This document shows, piece by piece, positions 60,375 through 64,000 of a stretch of 64,000 bases of DNA; positions within the stretch are counted from its first letter, which is position 1; each line of letters begins with the position of its first letter. This DNA comes from Trichodelitschia bisporula (taxonomy: Eukaryota). The notes below the pieces were generated by a model. The model searched no databases, had not been told where the DNA came from, and was given only the letters and a program-made list of their open reading frames with translations. Position numbers and translations under genes: made by a program. The DNA is taken from the NCBI GenBank assembly GCA_010356995.1, contig ML996694.1:867224-931223 (forward strand), given 5' to 3'.

Positions 60375-60569
60375 TCCCTTGTACGGCCCAGGTACTACCC
60401 CAGCTACCGGCCCAGGTACTCGTCACCCACGCTCCCGCTATCATGGACAAATCGAAGAGCTAGAAGTCAGTTCTATAAAATCTTCTCTTTTTCTGTAACA
60501 GGTCCTAGGTCTTTGATTGGTTCATGATAGCGCGTATGTTGGCGAAGAGTACCTGGGCCGTGCAAGGGA
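60375..60569. mobile_element. MITE family 1, copy D
   Basis: TA|TCCCTTGTACGGCCCAGGTACT ... AGTACCTGGGCCGTGCAAGGGA|TA. Confidence 0.9.
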
Positions 60570-61271
60570 TAGATCTTTTGGATGTACCTATGTTTCAAGA
60601 ATACTGCAACTTTAAGCCTTTGACAGGGTTTTCGCAGTGACCGGCTGGGAGTACGTATGTAAGATGTGCCCTTATATTTTTGAGGTGTGTCTAGCAACTC
60701 CCGACGGGCAATGTGCAAAAGCGTCGTGCTCGGATGAGTGGAAACGAAGCATTCTCACATCTGATGGGTCTCTTGGGGCTTGGGATTCGCGCGTAATAAA
60801 TCCCCAAAAAATTTCTCAATATTTCGCCGGTAACTCACTTATGCAGTAACCGGCATATGTACGACGTCTTTGACGGCCTTCGAAGATCGTTGACTACGGT
60901 AGCTTAGGAGTTAAGAGCGGTCCAATGAAATGAGATCTAGTCATCATGCTCCCCGATTAGTTATGCGCCTCATAAAGTTTCGGACAGAATTTAATTCTTC
61001 CCGCGGTTGAGCCTTTGTAAGCCTTTTCAACAGCAAATGAACCCTTCTCTGGTCTTGAGACTGATACATTCCCCCCCATTCTTCTAACTACCTGTCGCGG
61101 GCCAATTTCGCAGCGCAGCCAGGTCGACTGGCACGACATGCCTATTTGACAGCATAGAGTGGCGTCTTTGCCATCCCTACTCGCTTATGATTGATCATCC
61201 TCCCTTGGACACAGCCATCCTCAATTGTCTCCTATCCGTGCCGTGATTGAGTTTGAATTTCATTTAAATTT

Positions 61272-62336
61272 CTAGCCACCGGCGTATCGTGCGGCATTAC
61301 GAACTCGGATGGCTTCTTTTCCAGCCTTCCGTGCTTGTGACAGACTCGGTGCAACGGGGTTGGCTGCCTCATTGATCGTCTCCGCATCTACATCATCTAG
61401 TATGAACCGCCCCAGCCCTCCCGACCTCCAACGTTGGATCATCCAAATCGCGGTTGACTCGATGTCCGGAGTACCTCCCTTCTGCAAGCGCCCGGTCTTT
61501 TGTGCAATTGCGGTCAGAAGCTCAAGTATATCGTTGGTCGGCTCGTGGAATTCAGAGTAGAGTGTGGGCGAGGCTTTGTTCATTTGAAAGAGCAAGTAGT
61601 CTGCAAGTGTCGTAGGCGCGATAATTGAATCTTTCACACAGCCACATAGGGCGAGCTTGAGCATGGCTGTGGCGTCTGGGACGTAGGGGATAAAGACGCC
61701 GGGAGTATCAAGTAAGTAAACGTGGCTGTCGCCCTCTGAACAATCGATAATTTTTACGCTCGTCGAAATTTTGCGTGTGACGCCAGGCTGGGCTCCTGTT
61801 CGGGCAACCCTTCCTTTGCCGACACCCAGGCCCCGCAAGGCATTGAGGAGTGACGACTTGCCAACATTGGGCATACCGACAACCATCATGCGCGTGCCGG
61901 TGATGGTGGACGAATTAGCTGCCTGCTCCCGCGCGAAGTCGAGAATGCGCCGAATATCACGTCGCTCTTTGTGATCTGAGAACATGACCGGCGATGGATG
62001 GTGCCATTTCTGGAGCAGCCTTTCCCTCTAGCAAACTGTGAGCGGGGACCATAGGCGCGCGGCTTGACATACTTTGAGGTTATTACCGCGTTCGGCGCAC
62101 CCGAGATCGCGCTTGGTGTACACGATGAGACGCGCCCGGCCGCCGAGACTTTCCTCGAGCAGGGGATTTCTCGACGTAAGGGGAACTCGGTAGTCGCGGC
62201 ACTCAATTATCACGTCGGTCGTCGACAGCAGTGTCTTCATCTTGGAGAGGCCGGCACGGTGGTGACCCAAGAAGTAGGACCGCGGCAGCGAGTCCAGAAC
62301 CGGAAAGGCGGCCCTGGGGGCGAAAGTAGTCGCCAT
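61272..62336 (-). CDS. MTG1: Mitochondrial ribosome-associated GTPase 1
   Basis: YFLGHH, IECRDYRVPLTSRNP, YTKRDL, VGMPNVGKSSLLN, GAQPGVTR and LDTPG. Intron ~62071-62028. Confidence 0.93.
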
Positions 62337-62537
62337 GGGATTAAAACGTGTACGGAATGTGACATTGCGATTGGTGATAGAGATGTAGGCTTCTCCGCAG
62401 AAGTTCAGGAAATGTGCCCGGAGTTACGTTCGACCGACGCCTACGTCATTGGGGTGCTTGGAGGTCCCTTAGTCCCTAGACTGGAGTAAATGGTAAAAGC
62501 GGATAGTCTCGGCTGTCCTGTGGCGGCATCAACCACG

Positions 62538-64000
62538 ATGCGCGCAGTGAGAAGATCTTTTCGCCGAGATGGAGCCCTCCGGCCGTTTCGGCTACTTCGC
62601 CAGGACCTGGGGAATCTACCGAAGCGCTGGCTGTCCGACTGGGGGACGTTCAATCAGTTGATCCTGGCCAGCGCCGTCTATGTCTTCTTCACCAATCTCC
62701 TACCGGGGATAACATTTGCCAGTGATCTGTATGTCCTGACAGGGAAGAACTGGGGCGCCATCGAGGTCGTCTTCAGCACGGGACTCTGTGGTATCATCTT
62801 CTCTATGTAAGGGCTTCACCCGGACGTCATAACACTTCTGACTGCCCAGATGCTCAAGTCAGCCACTGACGATCCTCGGAGTCACTGGCCCCTTTTCAAT
62901 TCTCGCGGAGAACATCTTTGCCCTTTGCAATGAATCGTTCCACGTAAGAACTCAACCTCGCGCGGAAGTCTCTGGAACTAACCCGGCCAGATACCGTTCT
63001 TGCCCTTTATGGCCTGGTCGCTGATCCATGCGGCCTGGATGCATTATCTGCTGGCTATCTTTAACGCCCATGACTGGACAATGCGCTATGTGACTAACTT
63101 TTCCACAGAGATATTCTCTCTGTTGAACAGCATCATCTACTTCCACAAGGCCATACAGGAGCTACAACGCGCCCACAAGTCGCTATCGTTTGCGGCCTTT
63201 CTGTACAGCATCATAGGCGCAATTGGCACGTGCCTTGTTGCCGTCTTCCTTTCCAGTGCTGAGTCGTGGAAGCCGCTTTTCCATCGCTACATCCGCATGG
63301 GACTACGCGAGTACGCAGCGGCAATCTCCATCATACTCTTCATCGGCTTGCCCCATGTCGGCGAGCTTGCCAGCCTCGACAAGGAGACACTACCGATCAG
63401 CCGCTCATTTCGGCCCACTAATCCCGACCGGAGCACCTTTTTTGTTCGTTTCTGGGAACTACCCGCTGCTTGGATCGGTGCGGCCATCATCCCTGGTTTC
63501 ATCATCACTGTTCTCTTCTTCTTCGATCACGAAGTTAGTAGCATAATATGCACCATATCCCGCTACGGGACGCGGAAGCCTGGCGGGTATGCCTGGGATA
63601 TCGTCTTACTGGGCACCACCACCGCGCTCTGCGGCATCCTCGGTATCCCGCCGGCAAATGGCCTTCTGCCACAGGCGCCGCTCCACTCTGAGAGCCTAAT
63701 GCACGATGACAGGGAGGCCATCGACACGGTCGGTCCCAGCGGTGATGCCCAGAGAGAGGTTCGCTCGTCGCAGCGAGTATACGAGCAGCGCTGGAGTCAC
63801 TTCCTGCATGCAGCTGGTATCCTGGCCTTCGTGAGCCCGCCGCTGATGCACGTACTGGGCTTGACTCCAACGAGCGTGCTTGCTGGTCTGTTTCTGTTCA
63901 TGGGGGAGCAGAGCCTCTCAGTGAAGTATGTCCCAAAGTGAGTCCGAGTGCTGTTGCTAAATTTCTCAGTCCCATTTTGTTCCGCACGTTTCATCTCTTG
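62538..64000 (+). CDS. BOR1: Borate/HCO3- transporter (SLC4/BOR1 family); 3' end outside the window
   Basis: FFTNLLPGITF, QPLTILGVTGP, LFFFDH.VSS, NGLLPQAPLH and VYEQRWS. Introns 62807-62849, 62944-62990 and from 63926. An alternative in-frame ATG lies at 62490. Confidence 0.9.

Noticed and set aside
1..64000. Biosynthetic or metabolic gene cluster
   Set aside because: No PKS, NRPS or terpene backbone gene, and the neighbouring genes are functionally unrelated housekeeping genes.

Overview
This is fungal genomic DNA. The short GT-AG introns with CTRAY branch points and the gene set point to a filamentous ascomycete (Pezizomycotina); the species cannot be determined from the sequence. About 19 mostly housekeeping genes are supported: an MFS transporter (partial), an RraA/HMG-aldolase-like gene, eIF5, THI6, ALG5, a membrane-anchored hypothetical, YSA1, a ~1200-aa hypothetical, a small secreted protein, an ornithine-cyclodeaminase-family gene, BLM10, PSF3, a beta-carbonic anhydrase, a dsRBD protein, a Dabb protein, MPG1/PSA1, MTG1, BOR1 (partial) and one weak ORF. 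Two accessory blocks interrupt them. At 14.6-23.5 kb is a decayed block with a frameshifted FAD/BBE oxidase pseudogene and five diverged tandem arrays. At 50.9-61 kb is an AT-richer transposon nest with three LINE 3' fragments, a 630-bp foldback element and several TA-flanked MITEs that share a CCAAT-containing core. The most interesting signals are translational: two AUG-stop minimal uORFs plus an abutting uORF upstream of the boron transporter, poor-context uAUGs in the eIF5 leader, and weak/strong double start codons suggesting dual targeting, one gene of which also has a probable GC-AG intron. No tRNA, rRNA, riboswitch or CRISPR was recognisable. Exon boundaries were read by eye and product calls rest on motif recognition, not database searches.
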